64,000 bases of DNA from Candidatus Parcubacteria bacterium (GTDB taxonomy: Bacteria > Patescibacteriota > Minisyncoccia > UBA6257 > HR35): positions 78,642 through 142,641 of the forward strand of contig AP024681.1 in the NCBI GenBank assembly GCA_025999335.1. Direction: 5' to 3'. Shown one piece after another: positions 17,150 through 28,859 of this stretch. A program made the position numbers and the translations under genes. Position 1 is the first letter of the stretch. The number at the start of each line of letters is the position of its first letter. Below the pieces are notes generated by a model that did no database searches, was not told the DNA's origin, and worked only from the letters and a program-made list of their open reading frames with translations.

Positions 17150-19783
17150 TTATTTATATCTTAAGCAATATAAATCATTAATTTTATTAATAGTTTCTCG
17201 AGTTAGGTTACCTGAAGAGAATTTAAGATTATATTTTTTCTGAAAGTTAGCTAATTCTTTTTTCAATTGATAATCAAAACGCGGAGTTAATTTTAGTTTT
17301 GTTCCTTCAAATTTATTTAAAAATATTTTAATTTTTCTAAAACGTTGACCCTTAGACTCATTAGTAATATAAGGCTTACATATTTTTGGCGATTGAATAA
17401 TTTCAGCTAAAATTTGTTTTAAGTTTTCAGCAAATAATTGAACATCAAGAATAGTATTTTGTTGACGATAAAAAGGTTGTTGTCTAACATAACCAGAAGC
17501 TCTACTTCCTTCGTTGGTAGTTGTCGTTGCTGAAGAAATAATAATATATTCTATAGAATCAGTAGCTAGAGAGGATTCATTATTATAAATATCTAAAAAT
17601 ATCGCATAAACATTTTTAATTCCCTGGTTGCTATTACCTCCATAATTACTATCAGCTAAATCCCACAAAACTGTTGTTGCAAAAGTTATCGTGGCGTAAT
17701 TAACACCATTATTGCTAATTCTAACTTGCTTTGATGAAGTAGAGCTATCTAAATAGGTAGCAGTTAAGGTTAAAGTGACATTAGTTGATGTTGTTTGTGA
17801 ATTATTATTATTGATCACAACATTTGTTGATGTTACGGCTGGCAAAATAGTTATATTTTGAGTAGCACTAGCGTAAGGAAGCGCTGAAATTTTTAAAGAA
17901 TGTGCGCCAGCTTTGGTGTCTTTATAATAAAACGATGAAGTTGCTGTATTTATAATTGACAGCTGAGAAATAACAGTTGAGGTATTGCTGACAGAATAAA
18001 AACTACCATTCACTGAAGTAGATGTAAGATAAATTAATACTGATGTTGCTGGTTGAAAATTATTATTATAAAAATCTTTTAAAATAAAATCTATTTTATT
18101 AGAAAGATTACCGGCAATAACACTTTGTTCTGAAGAAGTAAAATTTAATTTTGAAAAACCAGGGAAAATAGCAAAAAATGGCCTTGGCAAGTTATTAACA
18201 GCAATAAAAGCACCACCTACAAACAAAAGTCTGTTATCAGGAACAATTTTTAAAACATTACCGCTAAAACTAGGATCAAAATAATTTATCAACGAACCAT
18301 CAGAAATATTTAATGCAGCAAAATAATTTTTAGTTGTTGAATTAATCTGCGTAAAAGCTCCTCCTGAATACAAAATTGAACCATCGGAAGAAAGAGCTAA
18401 AGCAAAAACAGTATTATTAGCATCAGCATTAAAAGAACTTACTAAAGAGCCATCAGAAGTGTTTAATGCAGCAATATAGTTTTTAGTTGTTGAATTAATC
18501 TGCGTAAAATATCCACCGATATACAAAATTGAACCATCAGAAGACAAAACTAAAGAACGAACAGTGTTATCAGCGCTAGCATTAAAAGAACTTACTAAAG
18601 AACCATCAGAAGTGTTTAATGCAGCAACATAGTTTTTAGTTATTGAGTTGACTTGAGTAAAATCTCCACCGATATACAAAATTGAACCATCAAAAGAAAG
18701 AGTTAAAGCAAAAACAGTGTTATTAGCATCAGCATTAAAAGAACTTACTAAAGAACCATCAGAGGTGTTTAATGCAGCAACATAGTTTTTAGTTGTTGAG
18801 TTGACTTGAGTAAAAGCTCCACCGATATATAAAGTTGAATTATCAGAAGAAAGGACTAAGGAATAAACAGAGCTATTAGCATCAGCATTAAAAGAACTTA
18901 CTAAAGAACCATCAGAAGTGTTTAATGCAGCAACATAGTTTTTAGTTGTTGAGTTGACTTGAGTAAAGTCTCCGCCGATATATAAAGTTGAATTATCAGA
19001 AGACAAAACTAAAGAACGGACAGCACTATTAGCATCAGCATTAAAAGAACTTACTAAAGAACCATCAGAAGTGTTTAATGCAGCAACATAGTTTTTAGTT
19101 GTTGAGTTGACTTGAGTAAACATACCTCCGATATATAAAATTGAACCATCAGAAGAAAGAGTTAAAGCAAAAACAGTGTTATTAGCATCAGCATTAAAAG
19201 AACTTACTAAAGAACCATCAGAGGTGTTTAATGCAGCAACATAGTTTTTAGTTGTTGAGTTGACTTGAGTAAACATACCTCCGATATATAAAATTGAACC
19301 ATCAGAAGAAAGGGCTAAAGCAAGAACAGTATTATTAACCATTGGTTTAAAATTATTATCCAAAGTCCCATCAGCTAAAATATGGATAACTCTTCCAACA
19401 GTTGTTGTGCCTACTAAATTAAAATTTCCAGCAATATAAAAACCTCCTGAATTATCAGGAACAACTGCATAAATAGTATCATTTATTCTTAAATTTCTTA
19501 AAGAAGTTGTTGGAATTAAAAGATTGCCACTCGTAGCACTAAATAAAGAACCTTTGCCAATATTTAAACCAACAAGATCAAAATCACCAGCAATATAAAG
19601 GTAATTATTCTCAATATCAGGAAATATATCGAAAACTACTGGATCTCCGAAAACATTACTCTTGCTCACTCCCCAAAATTCATAATGAGGATCATTATTA
19701 AAATAAATACTACCAGCGTAAATATAATTAGAAATCAAAAAAAATTGCGTTAAGAATATAAAAATATAAAAAAATCTATTCAT
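17150..19783 (-). CDS. Secreted delta-60-repeat (beta-propeller-type) surface protein with possible C-terminal peptidoglycan-binding-like region
   Basis: 877 aa; signal peptide; about 8 tandem about 50-aa repeats YIGGxFTQVNSTTKNYVAALNTSDGSLVSSFNADANNTV resembling delta-60 repeat consensus. Confidence 0.6.
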   Translation of the reverse strand: MNRFFYIFIFLTQFFLISNYIYAGSIYFNNDPHYEFWGVSKSNVFGDPVVFDIFPDIENNYLYIAGDFDLVGLNIGKGSLFSATSGNLLIPTTSLRNLRINDTIYAVVPDNSGGFYIAGNFNLVGTTTVGRVIHILADGTLDNNFKPMVNNTVLALALSSDGSILYIGGMFTQVNSTTKNYVAALNTSDGSLVSSFNADANNTVFALTLSSDGSILYIGGMFTQVNSTTKNYVAALNTSDGSLVSSFNADANSAVRSLVLSSDNSTLYIGGDFTQVNSTTKNYVAALNTSDGSLVSSFNADANSSVYSLVLSSDNSTLYIGGAFTQVNSTTKNYVAALNTSDGSLVSSFNADANNTVFALTLSFDGSILYIGGDFTQVNSITKNYVAALNTSDGSLVSSFNASADNTVRSLVLSSDGSILYIGGYFTQINSTTKNYIAALNTSDGSLVSSFNADANNTVFALALSSDGSILYSGGAFTQINSTTKNYFAALNISDGSLINYFDPSFSGNVLKIVPDNRLLFVGGAFIAVNNLPRPFFAIFPGFSKLNFTSSEQSVIAGNLSNKIDFILKDFYNNNFQPATSVLIYLTSTSVNGSFYSVSNTSTVISQLSIINTATSSFYYKDTKAGAHSLKISALPYASATQNITILPAVTSTNVVINNNNSQTTSTNVTLTLTATYLDSSTSSKQVRISNNGVNYATITFATTVLWDLADSNYGGNSNQGIKNVYAIFLDIYNNESSLATDSIEYIIISSATTTTNEGSRASGYVRQQPFYRQQNTILDVQLFAENLKQILAEIIQSPKICKPYITNESKGQRFRKIKIFLNKFEGTKLKLTPRFDYQLKKELANFQKKYNLKFSSGNLTRETINKINDLYCLRYK
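18300..19340 (-). repeat. Near-identical about 150-bp tandem DNA repeats (at least 6 copies) inside delta-60 repeat gene
   Basis: recurring unit ...ccatcagaagtgtttaatgcagcaacatagtttttagttgttgagttgacttgagtaaa... at about 150-bp period. Confidence 0.8.
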
Positions 19784-19834
19784 AGATTCAACATCTTTTT
19801 AATTATAATTTTTTATTATACTATAATTACCTTT

Positions 19835-20083
19835 TTAAAAAAATTCTAAAATTTTTGCTTCATTATTAGCAAATTCTAAAATACAATCGTTATTTATATA
19901 AATTCTTTCTTCATTATTTTGAACCTTAATTTTTAAATAACCTTTTAATAAGATTGTCACCAACGGATGATGATTAGCTAAAATAGTAATTTCACCACTT
20001 TTTGTTTGACAGCTCAAACTTTCTACTTCTCGTTCAATAGCAACACCATCAATTTTAAAAATTTTCACAGTAAACCTGTTCAT
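19835..20083 (-). CDS. atpC: F1 ATP synthase epsilon subunit (N-terminal beta-sandwich only)
   Basis: 82 aa; position at end of atp operon; epsilon N-domain-like sequence; lacks C-terminal helical hairpin. Confidence 0.75.
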   Translation of the reverse strand: MNRFTVKIFKIDGVAIEREVESLSCQTKSGEITILANHHPLVTILLKGYLKIKVQNNEERIYINNDCILEFANNEAKILEFF

Positions 20084-20087
20084 AATA

Positions 20088-21455
<1,368 letters not shown>

Positions 21456-21465
21456 TTAATCAATT

Positions 21466-22404
21466 TTAAATTATTAATGACCCACTTTTTGCTAAATCGA
21501 TTAATTCCTCAGTAATTTTTTGTTGTCTTAATTTATTATAGTAAATCAATTCTTTATTTTTTAAATTATTACTGTTTTCGTAAGCTCGACGCATAGTAAT
21601 TGTTCTTGTAAATTCTAAAGTAGCCTGTGATTCAAGAATAATTGCATAAATAATTAAAAACATTATTTTTTTTAAAATAAAATTAGCTAGGACTACATCA
21701 TTTGGTTCTAAGATATATTTAAAGCGTGAAGTAGAAAAACGATATTTATTTACAAAATCTTTTTTTAATTCTTGCAAAGTTGCTGAAGATAATATTTTTG
21801 TAGTTAAATTATCAAGGTTATAAATATTAAAAGGATAAACCTGCAATGGTTCAACAAAAAATCCTTTAGTTGTCATTTTAGAAAAAATAACAATAATTTT
21901 ATCAATTTTAGATTCTTCTATTAAATAATCCAAATAGTCAATTAACTCTAAAGCTAAGTCTCTTGCCAAAACATTTTCAATTTTTGTAAAAGAAAAAGCT
22001 AAAGAAAATTTTTTCTTTAAATATTTATCAGCTTTTTTGCCAATAGCACCAACAATAAATGATTGCTTTGTTTGTAAATTGGTTATTAATTTATCGGTTT
22101 CATTAAAAATCATTTGATCAAAAGAACCAGCTAAACCACGATCAGAAGCAATAACAATAATCAATGTTTTATTTGTTGAATGAGCACTAACAAAATTAGT
22201 AACTATCTTCCGCACCGAAGGATTGCGTCTTTGAATTTCAGCAAAGATTGAAAGACAATAAAAAACATTGATCATTATATTTTTTATTAAAGTATTAATC
22301 TTTTGAAATTTGACAGCGGACAATAAACTGATAGATTTCGTAATTTTCTGAAAATTATCTAAAAACTTAATTCTTTGTTTAGTCTTACGCAATGTTTTTC
22401 TCAT
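21466..22404 (-). CDS. atpG: F1 ATP synthase gamma subunit
   Basis: 312 aa; operon position between alpha and beta; gamma-like termini. Confidence 0.85.
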   Translation of the reverse strand: MRKTLRKTKQRIKFLDNFQKITKSISLLSAVKFQKINTLIKNIMINVFYCLSIFAEIQRRNPSVRKIVTNFVSAHSTNKTLIIVIASDRGLAGSFDQMIFNETDKLITNLQTKQSFIVGAIGKKADKYLKKKFSLAFSFTKIENVLARDLALELIDYLDYLIEESKIDKIIVIFSKMTTKGFFVEPLQVYPFNIYNLDNLTTKILSSATLQELKKDFVNKYRFSTSRFKYILEPNDVVLANFILKKIMFLIIYAIILESQATLEFTRTITMRRAYENSNNLKNKELIYYNKLRQQKITEELIDLAKSGSLII

Positions 22405-23920
22405 TGTTTATAGTTAAAAAAGTGAAAAAATTCTGTAAAGCATTTTTAATAGCTATTTCAATATCATCAGTTAAATCTTTCACTTCTCTTATTTGCGCTA
22501 ATAAAGAAGAACAATCATTTTCAAGATAATCTATTAATTTTGATTCTACTAAACGAATATCCTGAAGATTAAAATCATCAAAATAACCATTTTGAACAGC
22601 ATACATTAAAATAGCTAATTTCTCGAAAGATAAAGGATGTAAATTATCTTGTTTTAATAATTCAAGAATTATTTTTCCTCTTAAAAGAATACGATGCATT
22701 TCTTGGGGAAGCTCAGTACTTAGTTGAGCAAAAGATTCTAATTCACGATATTGAGCTAAACTTAATTTCATCTTACCTGTAATTTTTTTAATAATTTTCG
22801 TTTGAGCCTTACTACCAACACGAGAAACTGATAAACCAATATTAATTGCTGGCCTAAAATTAGATTTAAACAACCCATTATCTAAATATATTTGTCCATC
22901 AGTTATTGAAATAAGATTAGTAGGAATATAAGCAGAGATGTCGCCTAATTGAGTTTCACATATAGGTAAAGCTGTCAAACTTCCTCCTTTGTTTAGTTTT
23001 GCAGCTCTTTCTAATAAACGAGAGTGAATATAAAAAATATCGCCAGGATAAGCTTCTCGGCCAACGGGTCTTTTTAAAAGTAATGATATTTCTCGCCAAG
23101 CCCAAGCATGTTTTGTTAAATCATCATAAATAACTAAAACATCTTTACCTTGATCCATAAAGTATTCACCAAGAGCACAACCAACATAAGGAGCTAAATA
23201 AAGTAAAGTTGGATAATCTTCTGAAGAAGTAGCAACAATAATGGTATAATCTAAAGCGCCTTCTTTTTTAAGAATTTCATAAAAACGTTTAATTTTAGAG
23301 AGTTTTTGACCAATAGCAACATAAATACAAACAGGCGTTTCAAAAACATCTTGTTTTTGATTTAAAATTACATCTAAAGCTATAGAAGTTTTGCCTGTTT
23401 GACGATCGCCTAAAATTAGTTCTCTTTGACCACGACCAATAGGAATAAGACTATCTATAATTTTGATACCTGTATGCAAAGGCACAGATACCGGCGATCT
23501 TTCTGTGACACTAGGAGCTGAACGCTCAATAGGATAAAAATTTGTAAATTCTATAGGCGATAAATTATCTAAAAAATCTCCCAAAGGATTAATCACTCTA
23601 CCCAGTAAACGCTCATCAACTCCTATGCTTGCTACCTGTTTAGTTCGGTAAACAATATCATTATGTTGCAGTAAGTCAAAATTATTTAAACAAACAGCGC
23701 CTATTAATGATTCTTCTAGATTCAAAGCTAAAAGTTTAATATTTAATTTTTCTTTTTTAACAACCAAAATTTCCATTGATTGAACTTCATTTAAACCATC
23801 GATCAAAACAACACCATCATTAAAAGCAATAACTTTACCAATATCATTTAACTCTGCTTTAATTTCCAAATTATCTATCGATTTTTTCAATTTTTCAATA
23901 ATAAACTTTATGTCATCCAT
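22385..23920 (-). CDS. atpA: F1 ATP synthase alpha subunit
   Basis: 511 aa; P-loop GDRQTGKTSIALD. Confidence 0.95.
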   Translation of the reverse strand: MDDIKFIIEKLKKSIDNLEIKAELNDIGKVIAFNDGVVLIDGLNEVQSMEILVVKKEKLNIKLLALNLEESLIGAVCLNNFDLLQHNDIVYRTKQVASIGVDERLLGRVINPLGDFLDNLSPIEFTNFYPIERSAPSVTERSPVSVPLHTGIKIIDSLIPIGRGQRELILGDRQTGKTSIALDVILNQKQDVFETPVCIYVAIGQKLSKIKRFYEILKKEGALDYTIIVATSSEDYPTLLYLAPYVGCALGEYFMDQGKDVLVIYDDLTKHAWAWREISLLLKRPVGREAYPGDIFYIHSRLLERAAKLNKGGSLTALPICETQLGDISAYIPTNLISITDGQIYLDNGLFKSNFRPAINIGLSVSRVGSKAQTKIIKKITGKMKLSLAQYRELESFAQLSTELPQEMHRILLRGKIILELLKQDNLHPLSFEKLAILMYAVQNGYFDDFNLQDIRLVESKLIDYLENDCSSLLAQIREVKDLTDDIEIAIKNALQNFFTFLTINNEKNIA

Positions 23921-24282
23921 TTTTTCAAAATATTAGATAAACTAAAATTTAATTCTAAATTGTTAGTACGAAAAATGCCTCCTAAAATTAAATCTTTATT
24001 TAAGACAAGATTATTAATTTCAATATCTTGCTTCAAGAAACTAGCTAATTTTTCTTTAATTAATTCAACACTTTCAGGATAACAATATTCAAGATCGCCA
24101 ACCAATATTCCCTGTTTTAATTTCCATTCAATCTCAAATTCTTTTAAAGCCTTTTTAAGTTCATATAATCTGCCGTTTAAATATACCCGACGTATAAAAT
24201 TATCTATAACTCGATCATTATCTTTGCTCAAGCTAATTAAATCATAAATTAATTTTTTAAAAATGATTTCAATTTTTCTCAT
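23908..24282 (-). CDS. atpH: ATP synthase delta (OSCP) subunit, short form
   Basis: 124 aa; operon position between b and alpha. Confidence 0.65.
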   Translation of the reverse strand: MRKIEIIFKKLIYDLISLSKDNDRVIDNFIRRVYLNGRLYELKKALKEFEIEWKLKQGILVGDLEYCYPESVELIKEKLASFLKQDIEINNLVLNKDLILGGIFRTNNLELNFSLSNILKKWMT

Positions 24283-24754
24283 TAGATGAAAAAATTTCGT
24301 TCAAAAACTCACGATCTAATTTACTTTTAGTAAAAATTTTCTTCGCTAAATTCAAAAAAATATCAAAACTCTCTTGTTCTAAATTCTTTTGTAAGTTTGC
24401 CTTCAAAGCTAACTCTTCTTCTTTAATTTGATCAATCAATTTTTGTTTATGCTGAAGCATTTCCTTTTCAAGAGAAGCAAGTTTGCTATAACGCTCATTG
24501 TCAATTTCCTGTCTTAAGCGTTCTTTTTCTAAAAACATCTCTCTTTGCATCTTTTTCTTAAACAATAAAGCTTTTTTAATAATATGTTTAGCCTTATTTA
24601 CCTTTTTATACGCCTCTTCAATATCTTGTTTTCTTTTATTTAAAACATTTATTAAGGGTTGGCTAAAAAATTTATAAATAATAAAAAATAGAATTAAAAA
24701 ATTCAAGCTTTGCAATAATAAAATTTTATAATCCAAGCCTAAATTGCTAAACAT
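24269..24754 (-). CDS. atpF: ATP synthase Fo subunit b
   Basis: 161 aa; single N-terminal TM helix then long charged helix. Confidence 0.75.
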   Translation of the reverse strand: MFSNLGLDYKILLLQSLNFLILFFIIYKFFSQPLINVLNKRKQDIEEAYKKVNKAKHIIKKALLFKKKMQREMFLEKERLRQEIDNERYSKLASLEKEMLQHKQKLIDQIKEEELALKANLQKNLEQESFDIFLNLAKKIFTKSKLDREFLNEIFSSNEKN

Positions 24755-24762
24755 TATATTTA

Positions 24763-24993
24763 CTAAGAACCTAATTTAACCAATAAAGCTACAACTAAAA
24801 CATAAATAGCGATTGCTTCTGCAAAGGCTAAACTCAAAATCATCGCTGTTTGAATTTTTGAATAGGCTTCAGGATTACGACCAACAGCTTTTAAAGCTTC
24901 AGAACCGATTTTGCCAATAGCTAATGAAGGACCTAAAATTCCTATTGCCATTATAAAACCAACAACTAAATTTTTGATTATTTCTACGTCCAT
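24763..24993 (-). CDS. atpE: ATP synthase Fo subunit c
   Basis: 76 aa; two-TM hairpin with conserved Glu (LSLAFAEAIAIY). Confidence 0.9.
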   Translation of the reverse strand: MDVEIIKNLVVGFIMAIGILGPSLAIGKIGSEALKAVGRNPEAYSKIQTAMILSLAFAEAIAIYVLVVALLVKLGS

Positions 24994-24999
24994 TGTCGA

Positions 25000-25695
25000 T
25001 TAATGATTATCTTTTAATGCGACTCTTAAAAAAATAGTGGTTAAGGTAAAAAATATAAATGCTTGCACAAACCCAACAAATACTTCTAAAATAATAAAAG
25101 GCAAAGGAATGAATAAAGGTATTAAGGCAGAAATAACTAATAATAAAATTTCACCAGCGAAAACATTTCCAAATAAACGAAAGCTAAAAGATAAAATTTT
25201 GGATAATTCACTAACAAACTCTAAAAAACCAATGAAACCGATAAATTTTTTGATAAACTGTCTGCCTATTTTTATAATACATAAAACATTAATAAAAACA
25301 ATACTAATTATAGCTAAAGCTAAAGACATATTCAAGTCAGAATACACGCTTCGTAATAAATGCACTTTTTCATGATCTTTGACAATATATAAAGAATTAA
25401 CCAAAGGCAAAACTCCAAACCAGTTAGCAAAAATTATATAGATAAAAAATGTTAAACAAAATGAAAACAGGAAAATATTTTTTTCACCAAAAATGTTTAG
25501 CCAATAATTATATAATTTTTCGAAAATAATTTCTATTAAAATTTGCGGAGATTTTGGTATTAAGGCTATTTTTTTTCTTATAATTAAAAAACAAACACTA
25601 ATAATCATAACAACAATTAAAGAAGTTAAATAAGTATTAGTAATATTCAAGAATCTACCTAAACTAAAAATTTGCTCTGCTTTTAAAGTTGGCAT
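25000..25695 (-). CDS. atpB: ATP synthase Fo subunit a
   Basis: 231 aa; conserved Arg in FSFRLFGNVFAGEILL. Confidence 0.9.
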   Translation of the reverse strand: MPTLKAEQIFSLGRFLNITNTYLTSLIVVMIISVCFLIIRKKIALIPKSPQILIEIIFEKLYNYWLNIFGEKNIFLFSFCLTFFIYIIFANWFGVLPLVNSLYIVKDHEKVHLLRSVYSDLNMSLALAIISIVFINVLCIIKIGRQFIKKFIGFIGFLEFVSELSKILSFSFRLFGNVFAGEILLLVISALIPLFIPLPFIILEVFVGFVQAFIFFTLTTIFLRVALKDNH

Positions 25696-25811
25696 AACAA
25701 TTTTTTATGATTAACTAATTGATTCTTCTTTAATCTTATATTATACAATAAACTAATTCTCGCAAGCAGAAAAAATCTCTAATTGCCTTGGAGTTCAATA
25801 GTGTTTAAAAT

Positions 25812-26540
25812 TTATAAATATATTTTTAGTTTATCGATGTACTTACAAAAATCACAATCTTTATTCCCCAACGGTGGTTTTGATAATGATAAAACATTAA
25901 AAATATCAATTAAAACATTTTCAATCCATGCATCATTGCCTTCGTACGCTAATAATTTAACATCAAATTCTAATTTACCATCAAAATATTCTTTATTTTT
26001 TAAAGCATTGACATAAACAAAATACGCTGTCGAAGAAACATTAAAATTATTTTTTTTAAATAACCATTGATAAATTTCAACTTCGCGTTTATAGCTATCT
26101 TTATAGCCACCTCCTTCTAAACTAATTTCTTGAGAGGTGCTTGTAGCTTTATAATCAACAATATACAATCTATTATCTCTGTCAACCCAAACATCATCAA
26201 CTTTGCCATAAATTAAAAAATTACTACGTTTATCTAAATAGAATATGCCTCTATTACGCCATTCATCTATTTGTTTATGGTCGTAAGGCAATAAATCAAG
26301 TTTATATTGTTTCATTAAAGGATGTTGTTGATTTTTAAAACGATGGCTATCAAATTCTTTTTTTAAAAGAACATCAACAGCGTTATTAAGCGTAAAAGGA
26401 AAACCCGGCGGTCGAGTAATACCTAATTTAATATCAAAATAAAAACAACGCGGACATTCAATAAATAATTCTATCTTTGTTCGCGAAAGTTTATAATAAT
26501 TTTTAACTGAGTTTGAATTATCAAATAAATTTTTAGTCAT
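25812..26540 (-). CDS. PD-(D/E)XK nuclease, Cas4/RecB-like with 4-Cys cluster
   Basis: 242 aa; CPRC near N-terminus and CDFC near C-terminus, IVDYKAT (D-x-K) catalytic motif. Confidence 0.55.
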   Translation of the reverse strand: MTKNLFDNSNSVKNYYKLSRTKIELFIECPRCFYFDIKLGITRPPGFPFTLNNAVDVLLKKEFDSHRFKNQQHPLMKQYKLDLLPYDHKQIDEWRNRGIFYLDKRSNFLIYGKVDDVWVDRDNRLYIVDYKATSTSQEISLEGGGYKDSYKREVEIYQWLFKKNNFNVSSTAYFVYVNALKNKEYFDGKLEFDVKLLAYEGNDAWIENVLIDIFNVLSLSKPPLGNKDCDFCKYIDKLKIYL

Positions 26541-26736
26541 TTAGATATTTATCTCTTACTTGTTTAAATTTATTCTCTACTTTAGTCAATTCTTTTTTGC
26601 ATTTATCTATCAATTGAATGCCTAATTGAAATTTTTCTAAAGCTTCATCTAAATCAACATCATCTTGCTGAAACCATTGGCTTATTTCTTCTAATTGTTT
26701 ATAAGCTTCGTTAAAATTAAATTTTTTCTTTTTCAT
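26533..26736 (-). CDS. xseB: Exodeoxyribonuclease VII small subunit
   Basis: 67 aa; FNEAYKQLEEISQWFQQDDVDLDEALEKFQLGIQL matches XseB helical hairpin; overlaps xseA. Confidence 0.8.
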   Translation of the reverse strand: MKKKKFNFNEAYKQLEEISQWFQQDDVDLDEALEKFQLGIQLIDKCKKELTKVENKFKQVRDKYLND

Positions 26737-27925
26737 TATTATTAATAATTTTTCTAACCATTGATAATGCTTCGCCCTTATAAAATATATTTTTAATCAC
26801 TTGATTTTTCATCAACGACGAAGAGTTTTTTATTATTTTACCAGACATATCTTTGCTAATAGAATATCCCCTTTTTAATTGTAACTTAGGATTGGAAACA
26901 TTAATAATTTGAGTTAGTTGCGCTAACTTATCTTTTATTCTTTTTAAAAGTCCTGCAAAACTATAGATAAAAAAATCTTTTTGATGTTTTAATTTATTTT
27001 TATATTGCGTCATACCAAGTTTTGATAAATTTGCTTGCTGATAATATATGGCTTTTATAAAATAACGCAACTTTTCTTGAAAAGCATTAACAAAAAAATC
27101 TCTAAAAAAATTCAATCTATCTTCTAAAGAATCCCAATGAGCTCGCAAAAAACGCGCTGCGGCTGTTGGCGTTGAAGTATAAACATCAGCAACATAATCA
27201 GCCAAAGTCTTATCATCTTCATGGCCAATACCGGTCACAACAGGAATACGCGAAGAAAAAATAGCCTGAACAATTTCTTTTGTATTAAAAGGTTCTAAAC
27301 TTTCCCAATCGCCACCTCCTCTTATAATAACAATAACCTCAATCATTAAATTACTTTTGTTAAACCATTCAATAGCTTTAATAATTTCACCCAAAGCTGA
27401 AAATCCCTCAACTTTTACATCATAAAAATAGATTTCAAATCCATAGTTACCTAAATTTTTCATAAAATCATTAAAAGCTCCACGCGCTGATTTAGATGTA
27501 ATTAAGCCGATACGTCTTACAAAAGGACTAACTATTTTTTTATGCTCTTTATCAAAGTAACCTTGAGCAGCTAATTCTCTTTTTAATAATTCAAATTTTT
27601 TCTTTAAAGCACCCTCGCCAACAAAACTAATTCTTTTTACCTGAAATGTTAATTCCCCTCTATTTTTGCGCACTTCAGCGTAACCTTCAACCATCACTTC
27701 GACGCCAGGAACTAACAACATTGACATATCTTCCAAAATATTCCTCCACATAAAACACTTCAATAAAGATTTGTCTTGATCAAGCAAAGTAAAAAAAATA
27801 TAATTAGGATATTGATTAATCTTTTCACCAATTTCTCCTTTAATAATCACTTGCTGGCCAGTTAAAAATTTATTAATATTATCAATAAATTCAGAAACAG
27901 ATAAAATTCTTAAATTGCTAGTCAT
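26717..27925 (-). CDS. xseA: Exodeoxyribonuclease VII large subunit
   Basis: 402 aa; N-terminal OB fold, IIRGGGDWESLEPFN and TGIGHEDDKTLADYVAD catalytic blocks. Confidence 0.85.
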   Translation of the reverse strand: MTSNLRILSVSEFIDNINKFLTGQQVIIKGEIGEKINQYPNYIFFTLLDQDKSLLKCFMWRNILEDMSMLLVPGVEVMVEGYAEVRKNRGELTFQVKRISFVGEGALKKKFELLKRELAAQGYFDKEHKKIVSPFVRRIGLITSKSARGAFNDFMKNLGNYGFEIYFYDVKVEGFSALGEIIKAIEWFNKSNLMIEVIVIIRGGGDWESLEPFNTKEIVQAIFSSRIPVVTGIGHEDDKTLADYVADVYTSTPTAAARFLRAHWDSLEDRLNFFRDFFVNAFQEKLRYFIKAIYYQQANLSKLGMTQYKNKLKHQKDFFIYSFAGLLKRIKDKLAQLTQIINVSNPKLQLKRGYSISKDMSGKIIKNSSSLMKNQVIKNIFYKGEALSMVRKIINNNEKEKI

Positions 27926-27941
27926 TGGTATTAATAAAATG

Positions 27942-28859
27942 TTAAAGCCACTTTTTTAATTTAAAAATAACTATTGTTACTGTTACTAGTAAAAAATTAA
28001 TCAAATTTATATAATAAAAAGCATTCTTATGACTTTGCAAAGGCAATTCTATGTTCATTCCATATAAACTAAAAATAATTGTTGGAATAAAAAGTAAAAC
28101 TGTTAGAATAGTTAAATACTGTAAACGAGTATTAATAACACTGTTCATAATATTGACATAGCTGCTTTTAATTGATTGAACTCTTTTTAGGTTATATCTT
28201 AAAATTTCTATTAATTCTTGAACACTAATGCCTAAATCATCAACAATATTTTTTTCTTCTTGTAAAAAATCTAAGTATTCTCTATGCAAAATGTTTTCGT
28301 AAACTTTATTCATATAAGATAAAGTAGTCAGTAACGAGCTAAGCAATAATTCTTTGCGTGATATTTCAATAATTTTTTGATCGGTAAAATCAATAATATT
28401 TTCCTGAAAAAAATCAATTTCTTTAGCTATTTTGTTTATATACTTTCTGTATTCGCGATTAATCATTAAAAGAGATAACAGTAAAAATTTGGTTTTTTGA
28501 GTAGTATAAAAGTTAATTCGTTGATTAAGAAAAGGATTAAAAAAATAAGTTGCCTTACGAGATGCGGTTAAAATATAATCTTCAGCAACGACAAATAAAA
28601 TGGGATACATACTTAAAGAATCTTGATTGCTTAAAATACCACGAACAAAAAGATATAATTTGTTTTGAAATATTTCTAAACGCGGTAGTTCTAAGATATC
28701 GAAGCTATCCTTAAGCAAATTATGCGATATTTTTAATTTTTTGCTAATCGTTTCTAAGTCATCTAAATCGTCTTCATCAACTAAAATCCAACAACCTTTT
28801 TGCGGTTTATCTAAAAGAATCAATTTATTATCCTTCAAACGACGTAAATAAATCTTCAT
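27942..28859 (-). CDS. corA: CorA-family magnesium/cobalt transporter
   Basis: 305 aa; two C-terminal TM helices with YGMNIELP (GMN motif). Confidence 0.75.
   Translation of the reverse strand: MKIYLRRLKDNKLILLDKPQKGCWILVDEDDLDDLETISKKLKISHNLLKDSFDILELPRLEIFQNKLYLFVRGILSNQDSLSMYPILFVVAEDYILTASRKATYFFNPFLNQRINFYTTQKTKFLLLSLLMINREYRKYINKIAKEIDFFQENIIDFTDQKIIEISRKELLLSSLLTTLSYMNKVYENILHREYLDFLQEEKNIVDDLGISVQELIEILRYNLKRVQSIKSSYVNIMNSVINTRLQYLTILTVLLFIPTIIFSLYGMNIELPLQSHKNAFYYINLINFLLVTVTIVIFKLKKWL

Noticed and set aside
25037-26016. ORFs 25037-25375 (+) and 25783-26016 (+)
   Set aside because: Antisense to atpB and to the PD-(D/E)XK nuclease gene respectively; low-complexity.
25696-27925. Possibility of a CRISPR-Cas locus suggested by the Cas4-like nuclease
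   Set aside because: No regularly spaced direct repeats or other cas genes anywhere in the window. The nuclease is coupled to xseAB instead.
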